A stretch of DNA of 64,000 nucleotides, from NCBI GenBank assembly GCA_017861285.1, contig JAGFXO010000001.1, positions 115 to 64,114 on the forward strand, read 5' to 3'. Numbering within the stretch: the first letter of the stretch is position 1; each line of letters opens with the position of its first letter. Below are positions 1 to 9,183 of this stretch, one piece after another. The notes beneath the pieces are model-generated. The model made no database searches and was not told the origin of the DNA. It worked only from the letters and a program-made list of their open reading frames with translations. The position numbers were made by a program, and so were the translations under genes. This DNA comes from Geobacteraceae bacterium (GTDB lineage: Bacteria > Desulfobacterota > Desulfuromonadia > Geobacterales > Geobacteraceae).

Positions 1-120
1 GGAACTCAGCGCCTGCGCGACAGCCCGCGCCTCTCCCAGGGCAGGCCCGATGGAGCCAATGGCCATGGTCATTCCCGATATAATGATTGAAACCATTCCG
101 ATGAGCCCGATGTTATCCAT
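1..120 (-). CDS. atpE: ATP synthase F0 subunit c, N-terminal 40 codons only; the gene runs off the window start
   Basis: Manual reverse translation gives MDNIGLIGMVSIIISGMTMAIGSIGPALGEARAVAQALSS. ATG is at 118-120, AAGGAG lies 8 nt upstream, and the start is 1 nt after the atpB stop. The peptide is a hydrophobic helix-1 with a GxGxG-like segment. Confidence 0.8.
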   Translation of the reverse strand, partial: MDNIGLIGMVSIIISGMTMAIGSIGPALGEARAVAQALSS

Positions 121-121
121 A

Positions 122-772
122 TCATAAATCTCCTTTTATTCCTTTTTCTTCCGTGACGTCTTTGCGGCTCCGGATCGAGGTCGCGGAGGCAATATACACC
201 ATGGCAAGCACAGCAAAAATGTACGCCTGGATCAGCCCGATCAGAAGCCCAAGCACCTGCATGACAATGGGGAAAAACAGCGGCGCGGCCAGAGCCAGAG
301 TTCTCGAAAATTCCCCGATAATCTCGAACGGCAGCATGAAGACAGACGGTTTGATATAGTGCTTCAGGTATCCTGCGACCCCCCCCTGCAGTATCCCGTA
401 AAAAGGAACGGCTATGAAGACGCATATCGCCAGTGCTGCAGTGGTGGAGAGGGAGCCTGTCGGCGGTTCGAAACCGGGAACGATTTCCAGGCTGTTGGAG
501 AAAGCGATAAACAGAAAAAGCGTGCCGACAAAGGGAAGAAAACGTCCCGGTTCCTGGCGGCTGGTCGAACGGATCTGGTTGTTCATATAGCTCACCAGGG
601 TTTCGAGCAGGTTTTGCCTGCGGGTCAATTTCGTTTGATCGGACAGTTGGCGCGTTGACAGCCACGAACCAATTACAAGAATTGCCATGACAATCCAGGT
701 ATAAAGGATGGTTGCATTGAGCTTTACCGGCCCCCACTGCCACAATATCGTGCTATCCGGACTCAGTTCCAT
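122..772 (-). CDS. atpB: ATP synthase F0 subunit a (N-type operon); the canonical RLFGN arginine segment appears absent
   Basis: 216 aa. The C-terminus IQAYIFAVLAMVYIASA and the segment EIIGEFSRTLALA are typical of subunit a. The gene sits between atpR and atpE. Confidence 0.85.
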   Translation of the reverse strand: MELSPDSTILWQWGPVKLNATILYTWIVMAILVIGSWLSTRQLSDQTKLTRRQNLLETLVSYMNNQIRSTSRQEPGRFLPFVGTLFLFIAFSNSLEIVPGFEPPTGSLSTTAALAICVFIAVPFYGILQGGVAGYLKHYIKPSVFMLPFEIIGEFSRTLALAAPLFFPIVMQVLGLLIGLIQAYIFAVLAMVYIASATSIRSRKDVTEEKGIKGDL

Positions 773-784
773 TTCATTCTTCCT

Positions 785-1084
785 TCAATGTCCAGGGAGA
801 TCCAATTCATTCCCGACGGGCTTCCAGATACGCACCAGGATTATCCGCATCACCATGAATCCAGACATAACAGCCAAAAGCCTCTCCCACGATCCGGCCA
901 TTACCAGAAAGAAGCCGGACAACGTCACAACGAGGCGCCCCAGGTAACTGCACAGCGTCAATAGGGCCGGACTGGCAGAAAACGGCAGGCGCTTCACCGT
1001 AAGCCACAATCCGCCGAAGTAGAATAGTCCGAGAACCATACCGCATGTTCCGGCAAGCAGAAGTTGCCCTAAATATGAATCCAC
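785..1084 (-). CDS. atpR: N-ATPase accessory membrane protein AtpR
   Basis: 99 aa, 3 predicted TM helices, with a GGLWLTVKRL motif. Its position between atpQ and atpB matches the atpDCQRBEFAG operon layout. Confidence 0.7.
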   Translation of the reverse strand: MDSYLGQLLLAGTCGMVLGLFYFGGLWLTVKRLPFSASPALLTLCSYLGRLVVTLSGFFLVMAGSWERLLAVMSGFMVMRIILVRIWKPVGNELDLPGH

Positions 1085-1107
1085 GGCATTCCTCCTCCAA
1101 TTTCATT

Positions 1108-1411
1108 TCAATCATTTTTCGACACATGCTCAATCCAATACCATGCGTTGAGGCACCCGCAAATAAGGCCTCCGAACAGCAGCATCAACGTCCATGAAAA
1201 ACGGCCCGGCCATCGTGAGTCAATCCAGATACCCAGAGCAATTCCGATCAGCGTGGGGATCACCACAGACCAGCCGACAATACCGAAAATACTTAATCCG
1301 AACCACAGACTATGGTCATTTTCCCGACGGGCCTTTATCCTCAGGGCTTCTTTTGACGCAACGGATTTTTTCATCTGCGCCGTCACTTCCGGTTTTTCTT
1401 TCTTTCGTGGA

Positions 1412-1419
<8 letters not shown>
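1108..1419 (-). CDS. atpQ: N-ATPase accessory membrane protein AtpQ (AtpI/AtpZ-like)
   Basis: 103 aa, with a basic N-terminus followed by 2 TM helices. It overlaps the atpC stop by 8 nt and sits in the position expected for atpQ. Confidence 0.65.
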
Positions 1420-3210
<1,791 letters not shown>

Positions 3211-3267
3211 TCACCGTTTGGTGAATCACTTATTTCAAAGCCTGTAACCAGTATACCGCAAATGGGG

Positions 3268-3299
3268 GAAAAAAATCCCCCTCTTGAAATGGGAGGGGG
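3268..3299 (-). terminator. Rho-independent terminator after the radical SAM gene
   Basis: On the minus strand: CCCCCTC / 9-nt loop / GAGGGGG, followed by ATTTTTTT. It lies 80 nt downstream of the stop at 3379. Confidence 0.6.
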
Positions 3300-3378
3300 C
3301 AAGTGAGAGGAGAAGCTGTGTGGAACGGTTTCATCATTTGCAGATTTTCCGTCATGCGGCTCTTGTCTGTCGCTTTCA

Positions 3379-4725
3379 TCACGAAAGGCACTGAAACAGC
3401 CCCATGCACCAGAAGCAGTCACCGCAGGGAACGGTATTGGTATAGCAATCCTGTTCGAATTCCTCGCAATAGATATACTCGCAGGGGAGCAGGTTGCAGT
3501 TGGAGCAAAAGGGATACTCGTGCTTGAGAACCTCCTCCCGAAAAGCACGATAGCCGGGATCATTCCAGATTTCCAGGATACCTTTGTCCCTCAGGTTGCC
3601 GAAGACCTTCTTGTTGACATACTTCTTTCGTCCGGAAAAATGGCATTGGAATTTGTGCCAGAGGAAGTAGCACGGGTGAATTTCGCCGTCCCAGGAGACA
3701 AACACGCCGCCATTATCTATGAAATCGCACTTCCTTTCGTTTTTGGGCGCGGCACCCGGCAGTCGCAGATCCAGCCCCGTCTCTTCGGCGACAATCCTGG
3801 CCCTGTCAAAGGTTTCGGCCAACTCGTCAGCCATGGCGACATCCCGCTTCGTCAGGTTCTCCAGGTGCAGGAATATATCGCGCGCCCTTGCCTGAGCGAT
3901 CATTTCCAGGACAAAATCCACCATCCGCTGCTCTTCCGCTGTCCTCAGATACTTGCAGTGATAGATATGAAAGAAATCGCTGATGTCTATTCCCTGCTCC
4001 TCTCCCTTCTTCCGCCATGTCGTATAAAGCTCCACCGCTTCCTGAGTATTGTAATCATAGGCAATCTGGGAGACATGACTGCTGTCGTAAGGAAGAAGAT
4101 GGGAGACGATGGCAAAGGAAACCCCCAACGAGGCGGTCCATCTGAGCACATCGGGAAGTTGATGGATGTTGTCGCGCATGAGGACGAACTCAACGCCGAC
4201 CTGAAGGTTGTTTTCGGGGTGCCGTTTCCGTGCCGTGTTCAGCGCGATGAACGCCTGCTCCAAATCTTTCACCTCACCCCCTTCCCGGATCTTGCGGAAG
4301 GTATCGGGGCAGATGGCGTCCAGGGAGAGACATATCCGGTCAAGCCCGGCCCGAACCAGTGATGACGCCCGGGTTTCATCAAGCAGGAGTCCGTTTGACT
4401 GGAAACCTACCCAGCTTCCCGGGGGCATCAGCTCTTTCCCCCTGCGGATGAAGGCTTCGAGGTCGGGATGAAGGAGCGGCTCTCCGATGCCGTTGAGGAC
4501 CAGCGCCTCGGCTTTCGACAGGGACGGTTCAAGTGCCTCGAAAGTTTCGAAAGTGAGGTCACCATCCTCCAAACCGCTTCCCATGCTCTGCTTGACGCAC
4601 ATATGGCACTTCATGTTGCAGCGGGTGGTTGTCTCCACGAACAGGCGGGACGGATAGCTCCTGAGAGCAGGCAACAAAGATATTTCAGGGTCGTTGATCT
4701 TAGTTTGCAATGCAGTGTTATTCAT
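3379..4725 (-). CDS. Radical SAM protein with a C-terminal SPASM-like Cys-rich domain
   Basis: 448 aa. CNMKCHMC (CxxxCxxC) near the N-terminus; GEIHPCYF plus CSNCNLLPC...CGDCFWC...C clusters at the C-terminus. The start codon overlaps the upstream gene's stop (ATGAATAA). Confidence 0.9.
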   Translation of the reverse strand: MNNTALQTKINDPEISLLPALRSYPSRLFVETTTRCNMKCHMCVKQSMGSGLEDGDLTFETFEALEPSLSKAEALVLNGIGEPLLHPDLEAFIRRGKELMPPGSWVGFQSNGLLLDETRASSLVRAGLDRICLSLDAICPDTFRKIREGGEVKDLEQAFIALNTARKRHPENNLQVGVEFVLMRDNIHQLPDVLRWTASLGVSFAIVSHLLPYDSSHVSQIAYDYNTQEAVELYTTWRKKGEEQGIDISDFFHIYHCKYLRTAEEQRMVDFVLEMIAQARARDIFLHLENLTKRDVAMADELAETFDRARIVAEETGLDLRLPGAAPKNERKCDFIDNGGVFVSWDGEIHPCYFLWHKFQCHFSGRKKYVNKKVFGNLRDKGILEIWNDPGYRAFREEVLKHEYPFCSNCNLLPCEYIYCEEFEQDCYTNTVPCGDCFWCMGLFQCLS

Positions 4726-4930
4726 AATTCAACTCTTCACATTTCCTTTTGATTTTGTCGATCGGCATCCGGCGGACCTTCTCCGCCATCTTTATTGCCT
4801 TGAAGATTTCCGCCGGACTCGCCCCGGCTTCGGATGCAGCATTGCAATGGTACTCCAGGCACGGTTCTCAACAGGCTGCCACCGATGCCCCTATGGCAAC
4901 CAACTCAAGGGTTTTCTTGTCAAGGGGCAC
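4718..4930 (-). CDS. AhpD/carboxymuconolactone-decarboxylase-like small protein with in-frame TGA (candidate selenocysteine) at codon 21
   Basis: Manual translation: GTG-PLDKKTLELVAIGASVAAC-[TGA]-EPCLEYHCNAASEAGASPAEIFKAIKMAEKVRRMPIDKIKRKCEELNYE-TAA. GGGAGGA lies 4 nt upstream of the GTG. TGA at 4868-4870 falls at the first Cys of the CxxCxxxH family motif. The ORF track misses it because of the TGA. Confidence 0.7.
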
Positions 4931-4944
4931 TGATCCTCCCTTCG

Positions 4945-6060
4945 CTACGGCATTGTTACATCTTCAACTTTGCACTTCATCTGGTCGGCGAAGTACTTCC
5001 GCTGGAAATAGAAGGCAAGGTTTACCAGGCTGATGAGCACCGGCACCTCGACCAGCGGTCCGATGACCGAGGCGAAAGCCTGCCCGGAATTGAGCCCGAA
5101 CACCGAAATGGCAACGGCAATTGCCAACTCGAAGTTGTTGCTGGCGGCGGTGAACGAAAGTGTCGCGCTCTTCTCGTAGTCGGTGCCGAGTTTCTTGCTC
5201 ATGTAGAAGGAGACCACGAACATGACAACGAAGTAAATGAGAAGCGGAATCGCAATCACGACCACGTCAAGGGGCTGACTCAGGATCTTGTCACCTTGCG
5301 TGGCAAACATGACCACGATGGTGAAAAGGAGGAAAATGAGGGTCAAGGGGCTGATAACAGGGGCGAATGATTTATCGAACCATTCCTTACCCTTTATACG
5401 CGTAAGACTGAAATGGGTAATTAGTCCGGCGATAAAAGGGATACCCAGGTAGATGAAAACGCTCTTGGCAATTTCACCCATGGTTATATCCACCACCGCC
5501 CCCTTGATGCCGAACAAAGGGGGAAGAATCGTGACGAAGACATAGCAGTAAACGGAAAAGAAAAGAACCTGGAAAATGGAGTTGAAAGCCACGAGACCGG
5601 CGGCATATTCACGGTCGCCGCAGGCCAGATCGTTCCAGACGATCACCATGGCGATGCAGCGGGCCATCCCCATCATGATGAGGCCGATCATATATTCAGG
5701 ATAGTTGTGAAGAAAGACGATGGCAAGCACAAACATAAGGATCGGTCCCACCACCCAGTTCTGAATCAAAGAGAGGCCGAGAACCTTCTTGTTCCTGAAA
5801 ACCAGAGGCATCTCCTCGTACTTGACCTTGGCCAGGGGCGGGTACATCATCAGGATCAGGCCGATGGCGATGGGTATGCTGGTCGTACCCACCTGAAACT
5901 TGTTGATGAGGGCCTTTGAGGCGGGCACGAAATACCCGAGAGCGAGACCGAGAAACATTGCCGCGAAGATCCAGACAGTGAGGTAGCGGTCCAGAAAAGA
6001 CAGTTTCTTCATGAGTCCTTGCATTGTTGTACGTCCTCCTTGGGGAATGAGATCAAACAA
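4945..6060 (-). CDS. acr3: ACR3-family arsenite efflux permease
   Basis: 371 aa polytopic membrane protein. The N-terminal [13 protein letters not shown] segment is typical of Acr3. It is adjacent to arsC and arsR. Confidence 0.9.
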   Translation of the reverse strand: MFDLIPQGGRTTMQGLMKKLSFLDRYLTVWIFAAMFLGLALGYFVPASKALINKFQVGTTSIPIAIGLILMMYPPLAKVKYEEMPLVFRNKKVLGLSLIQNWVVGPILMFVLAIVFLHNYPEYMIGLIMMGMARCIAMVIVWNDLACGDREYAAGLVAFNSIFQVLFFSVYCYVFVTILPPLFGIKGAVVDITMGEIAKSVFIYLGIPFIAGLITHFSLTRIKGKEWFDKSFAPVISPLTLIFLLFTIVVMFATQGDKILSQPLDVVVIAIPLLIYFVVMFVVSFYMSKKLGTDYEKSATLSFTAASNNFELAIAVAISVFGLNSGQAFASVIGPLVEVPVLISLVNLAFYFQRKYFADQMKCKVEDVTMP

Positions 6061-6080
6061 CGGGGTAAACCCGGATATTA

Positions 6081-6491
6081 TCAGGGCGCAAAATAAGCGA
6101 GCAAAGCCTCTTTGATTTCATCCCGGACCTTGCGGAAAACCTCCATAATCTCCTCTTCACTGCCTGTTGCCTTTGCCGGATCGGAAAAACCGATGTGTAC
6201 CCGCTCTCCCCCACCCGTAAACAGGGGACATCGATCCCGTGCGTCTCCGCACAGGGTGATAGTGTGGTCAAACTGCTGCCCGGAAAATGCATCGACATTT
6301 TTTGAACGGTGGCCGGATATGTCTATACCGATCTCCCGCAAAACCTCAATGGCCCTCGGATTGATAAATGAGGCCTCGGTCCCTGCGGAAAAGGCTTCGA
6401 GACGGTCACCAAGGAAATGATTGGCGATTCCTTCCGCCATTTGGGACCGGCAGGAGTTCGCAGTGCAGAGAAAGAGGGCTTTTTCTTTCAT
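6081..6491 (-). CDS. arsC: Arsenate reductase, thioredoxin-coupled LMW-PTPase type
   Basis: 136 aa. CTANSCRS (CX5R P-loop) plus the [11 protein letters not shown] cysteine pair. Confidence 0.9.
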   Translation of the reverse strand: MKEKALFLCTANSCRSQMAEGIANHFLGDRLEAFSAGTEASFINPRAIEVLREIGIDISGHRSKNVDAFSGQQFDHTITLCGDARDRCPLFTGGGERVHIGFSDPAKATGSEEEIMEVFRKVRDEIKEALLAYFAP

Positions 6492-6545
6492 CTATGTCTC
6501 CAGCAATCATTATTGATTCGAATAGGCCGGATTCACATCCGACTT

Positions 6546-6788
6546 TTACTTTTTCTTCCAGACAACCTTTTTACTGGATACGAGCCAATTGCATTTATTG
6601 CAGAAAAATCCCTGACTGCATTTGGAACAGATGATGATTTTTTCGCCGCAGTCGGGGCAGTAAGCCTCCATGTCGAATTCATCGTAAACGGTATAGCGGT
6701 CACAGTTCTTACAAAAAAACCTGGCTCCTTCCGAAGTAAGTTCTTTTATCATTTCCGAACCGCATTCACGACATAATCTTCGTACCAT
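6546..6788 (-). CDS. Small Cys-rich zinc-ribbon protein, function unknown
   Basis: 80 aa with five CxxC pairs (C6/9, C26/29, C44/47, C54/57, C63/66) and a basic tail. GGGAGAG RBS. Located between arsR and arsC. Confidence 0.6.
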   Translation of the reverse strand: MVRRLCRECGSEMIKELTSEGARFFCKNCDRYTVYDEFDMEAYCPDCGEKIIICSKCSQGFFCNKCNWLVSSKKVVWKKK

Positions 6789-6932
6789 GCCACTCTCCCT
6801 CGAGGATGTCTCAACCCCTTCCCGGGAATATTCGAAGAATATCTGATCCCGGACATCGGGTCAGCCTGTGGGCTATGGACGAACCTGCACGGCTACACCC
6901 CCAGACCGTTTCAAAAAAATCCTTCTCTCTCC

Positions 6933-6952
6933 TTATCCGCATGAGCGGATAA
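6933..6952. promoter_or_regulatory. Perfect 8-4-8 inverted repeat TTATCCGC-ATGA-GCGGATAA downstream of arsR (operator or RNA hairpin)
   Basis: Read directly from the sequence. It shares the TATCCG core with the palindrome upstream of arsR. On the minus strand a T7 run follows 12 nt later. Confidence 0.4.
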
Positions 6953-6966
6953 CCTTCATAAAAAAA

Positions 6967-7305
6967 TTACGCGCAGCGATTGTGCTGGCTAAATTCACAG
7001 AGCCGCTTTCGGTCGGCAGCGGCAACCTCCAAATCCGGAAGGTTTTCCCGAAGGGAATCGAGCAGACTGTTTTGCAGATTTTTCACGTTATCCAGTATTG
7101 AATAGTACATCCATACCCCTGCGCGCCGGTCATCCACCCATCCGGCATTCTTCAAATAGGCAAGATGCCGTGACACCGTCGACTGGGGAAGCTGCAGCAC
7201 TGCCATGATGTCACAGACACAGAGTTCCCCGTCCAGCAACAGGCAGATGATCCTCAGCCGGGTTTCATCCGACAGGGCTTTAAACATTCGGGCTGTAGTT
7301 TTCAT
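6967..7305 (-). CDS. arsR: ArsR/SmtB-family arsenite-responsive repressor
   Basis: 112 aa counted from the internal ATG at 7305; the track ORF extends to 7485. ELCVCD metalloid-binding motif and QSTVSRHLAYLKNAG wHTH. Confidence 0.85.
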   Translation of the reverse strand: MKTTARMFKALSDETRLRIICLLLDGELCVCDIMAVLQLPQSTVSRHLAYLKNAGWVDDRRAGVWMYYSILDNVKNLQNSLLDSLRENLPDLEVAAADRKRLCEFSQHNRCA

Positions 7306-7313
7306 GATAAAAC

Positions 7314-7327
7314 TATATCCGGATATA
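7314..7327. promoter_or_regulatory. Perfect 14-bp palindrome TATATCCGGATATA immediately upstream of the arsR start (candidate ArsR operator)
   Basis: Read directly from the sequence, 9 nt upstream of the arsR ATG in the arsR/cysM divergent region. Confidence 0.45.
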
Positions 7328-7654
7328 CGGCTATATTCAAGCAAAAAAAATCTTACCGGATGTGGCCCGGTTTCAATCGAATCCTGCCGACCCCGCTTGC
7401 AATAGCGCGCCCCAGGACAGAAATTGACATAGCGTACACCGAGGCCTGCCGCGGCACTGCCTCCGTCGCCAGGTTCGTCTATCACCTTGTCGGAATATTA
7501 ATTGGCTGTTTGTGTCCATCCGGCTTGAAATTAAATCCCGTACATGATATTTTCGTATACGCTCTTTTTGCGCCATAAAAGCCGCACATTGAATGTACTT
7601 TACAAAAACAATAGATGGTCAGACAACAATATTTTGCCGGCAAGGGGTATCCAA

Positions 7655-8623
7655 ATGAAATACTGTGAAAGCTTGCGGGAAAACGATACGTTCCCGGAAG
7701 CAAGCGACTGCGGGAGGAGCGTCATAGAATCAATCGGCAACACCCCCCTGGTCGGATTGAGAAACCTGGGCAGAAACCCGAAAGTCAGAATTCTCGCAAA
7801 GCTTGAAGGCAACAACCCGGGTGGCTCGGTCAAGGACAGACCTGCATATTATATGATTTCCAAGGCGGAGGAATGCGGCGAACTGACCCGCGAGAAGACC
7901 ATCCTCGAAGCAACGTCGGGCAACACGGGAATCGCCATTGCCATGATCGGCGCAGCCAGGAATTATCGGGTGAGACTTGCCATGCCGGCATGCGTCAGCC
8001 TGGAAAGGAGGAGCATCCTCGAGGCCTACGGTGCGGAGGTTGTCCTCTCCCCCGCCCACGAGGGCACTGACGGGGCAATCCGGCTGGCCCGCCGGATCCT
8101 GGAGGAAAACCCCGATAAATACTATATGCCGAATCAATACGCCAACATAAATAATCTGCTGGCCCACTATGAAACAACCGGACCGGAGATTTTTGCCCAG
8201 ACCGGTGGCGACATCGACGTCTTTGTTGCCGGGATGGGTACGACGGGAACCTTGATGGGAGTTGGCAAATACCTGAAAGAGAAAGACCCGTCAATCAGGA
8301 TCGTCGGGGTAGAGCCCCGGATCGGCCATAAAATACAAGGCCTCAAGAACATGCAGGAAGCAATTGTCCCGCCTCTCTACCAGCCGGAAAAACTTGATGA
8401 AAAGATCACCGCCGAGGACGAGGAAGCTTTTGAAACGGCGAGAATCCTTGCCATTCGCGAGGGGCTTTTTGTCGGCATGTCCGGGGGAGCCGCAATAGCA
8501 TGCGCCCTGAAACTCTCTGAAAGCATGGATAGCGGCACGATCGTTACCATCCTGCCTGACCGGGGAGACCGGTATCTCAGCACTACACTCTTCAGATCCG
8601 TATGTGCGTGTTGCCCGCCCTGA
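7655..8623 (+). CDS. cysM: Cysteine synthase (CysM/CysK family, CysM-like) with a Cys-rich C-terminal tail
   Basis: 322 aa from the ATG at 7655. KLEGNNPGGSVKDRPA, TSGNTGIA and DRGDRYLST motifs. Extra tail RSVCACCPP. Confidence 0.85.
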   Translation: MKYCESLRENDTFPEASDCGRSVIESIGNTPLVGLRNLGRNPKVRILAKLEGNNPGGSVKDRPAYYMISKAEECGELTREKTILEATSGNTGIAIAMIGAARNYRVRLAMPACVSLERRSILEAYGAEVVLSPAHEGTDGAIRLARRILEENPDKYYMPNQYANINNLLAHYETTGPEIFAQTGGDIDVFVAGMGTTGTLMGVGKYLKEKDPSIRIVGVEPRIGHKIQGLKNMQEAIVPPLYQPEKLDEKITAEDEEAFETARILAIREGLFVGMSGGAAIACALKLSESMDSGTIVTILPDRGDRYLSTTLFRSVCACCPP

Positions 8624-8674
8624 CAGAATCACCTTCAACCATATACAACAAATCACTGCATCGGAAAGCAAAAC

Positions 8675-9082
8675 ATGATCAACAACGAGAAAGCTGCTGT
8701 GGAGCAGAAAAAAAACATACGTCCTGTCTGGACCCGCGTGGTTGACATCATTCTGCGGACATTTCATGTGGCGGTCACCAGCGTGCTGTTCGGCGGGGCG
8801 GTCTGCGGAGTGCCGTTCATCCAGCTTATGACTTGGCATAATCTCGCAATCGTAACAGGCTGCGCTCTTATCGCTTCGGAAGTATACCATTGCCGGCGAT
8901 GGCTCTACCAGGGCCGGGGAGTCATGGTACTCATCCATGTAGGTCTGCTCGGCGTCATCCATGTGAGGCCTGACTTGATGGCACCGGTGCTTGCCACGGT
9001 TCTGGTATTCGGCATGGTCGGCAGCCACATGCCCAAGTCGCTCCGCTACTGGTCGTTTGTCCACGGGCGGGTCGTGGATTGA
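8675..9082 (+). CDS. Hypothetical membrane protein (about 4 TM)
   Basis: 135 aa hydrophobic ORF, 51 nt after cysM on the same strand. No family recognised. Confidence 0.5.
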   Translation: MINNEKAAVEQKKNIRPVWTRVVDIILRTFHVAVTSVLFGGAVCGVPFIQLMTWHNLAIVTGCALIASEVYHCRRWLYQGRGVMVLIHVGLLGVIHVRPDLMAPVLATVLVFGMVGSHMPKSLRYWSFVHGRVVD

Positions 9083-9119
9083 CGCGGCGCAACACTTCTT
9101 GAAACTCTCTTTTGCAGAC

Positions 9120-9157
9120 AAAAGAAAACCGGCATCAATTCGGATTCTTGATGCCGG
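9120..9157 (-). terminator. Rho-independent terminator after pyruvate carboxylase
   Basis: 10-bp stem CCGGCATCAA/TTGATGCCGG with a 9-nt loop, followed on the minus strand by TTTTCTTTT. Confidence 0.7.
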
Positions 9158-9183
9158 CAGGAAGTATTGCAATCTGACTTTTT

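Noticed and set aside
4800-4868. Search for a bacterial SECIS hairpin directly downstream of the UGA
   Set aside because: By eye I found only short candidates (UGCA/AUGC/UGCA, and GCCGG/CCGGC about 40 nt downstream), and none is convincing. It is left as a required computational check rather than reported as a feature.
6967-7485. Long N-terminal extensions of track ORFs (arsR to 7485, cysM from 7544, pyc to 12693, ndk to 32104, yhaM-like to 22571, and others)
   Set aside because: Internal starts with Shine-Dalgarno sequences give family-typical lengths. The extensions run through intergenic palindromes or neighbouring genes.
8291-9172. 293-aa minus-strand ORF spanning the cysM end and the membrane-protein gene
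   Set aside because: It overlaps two same-direction plus-strand genes that have better coding features, and no family was recognised.
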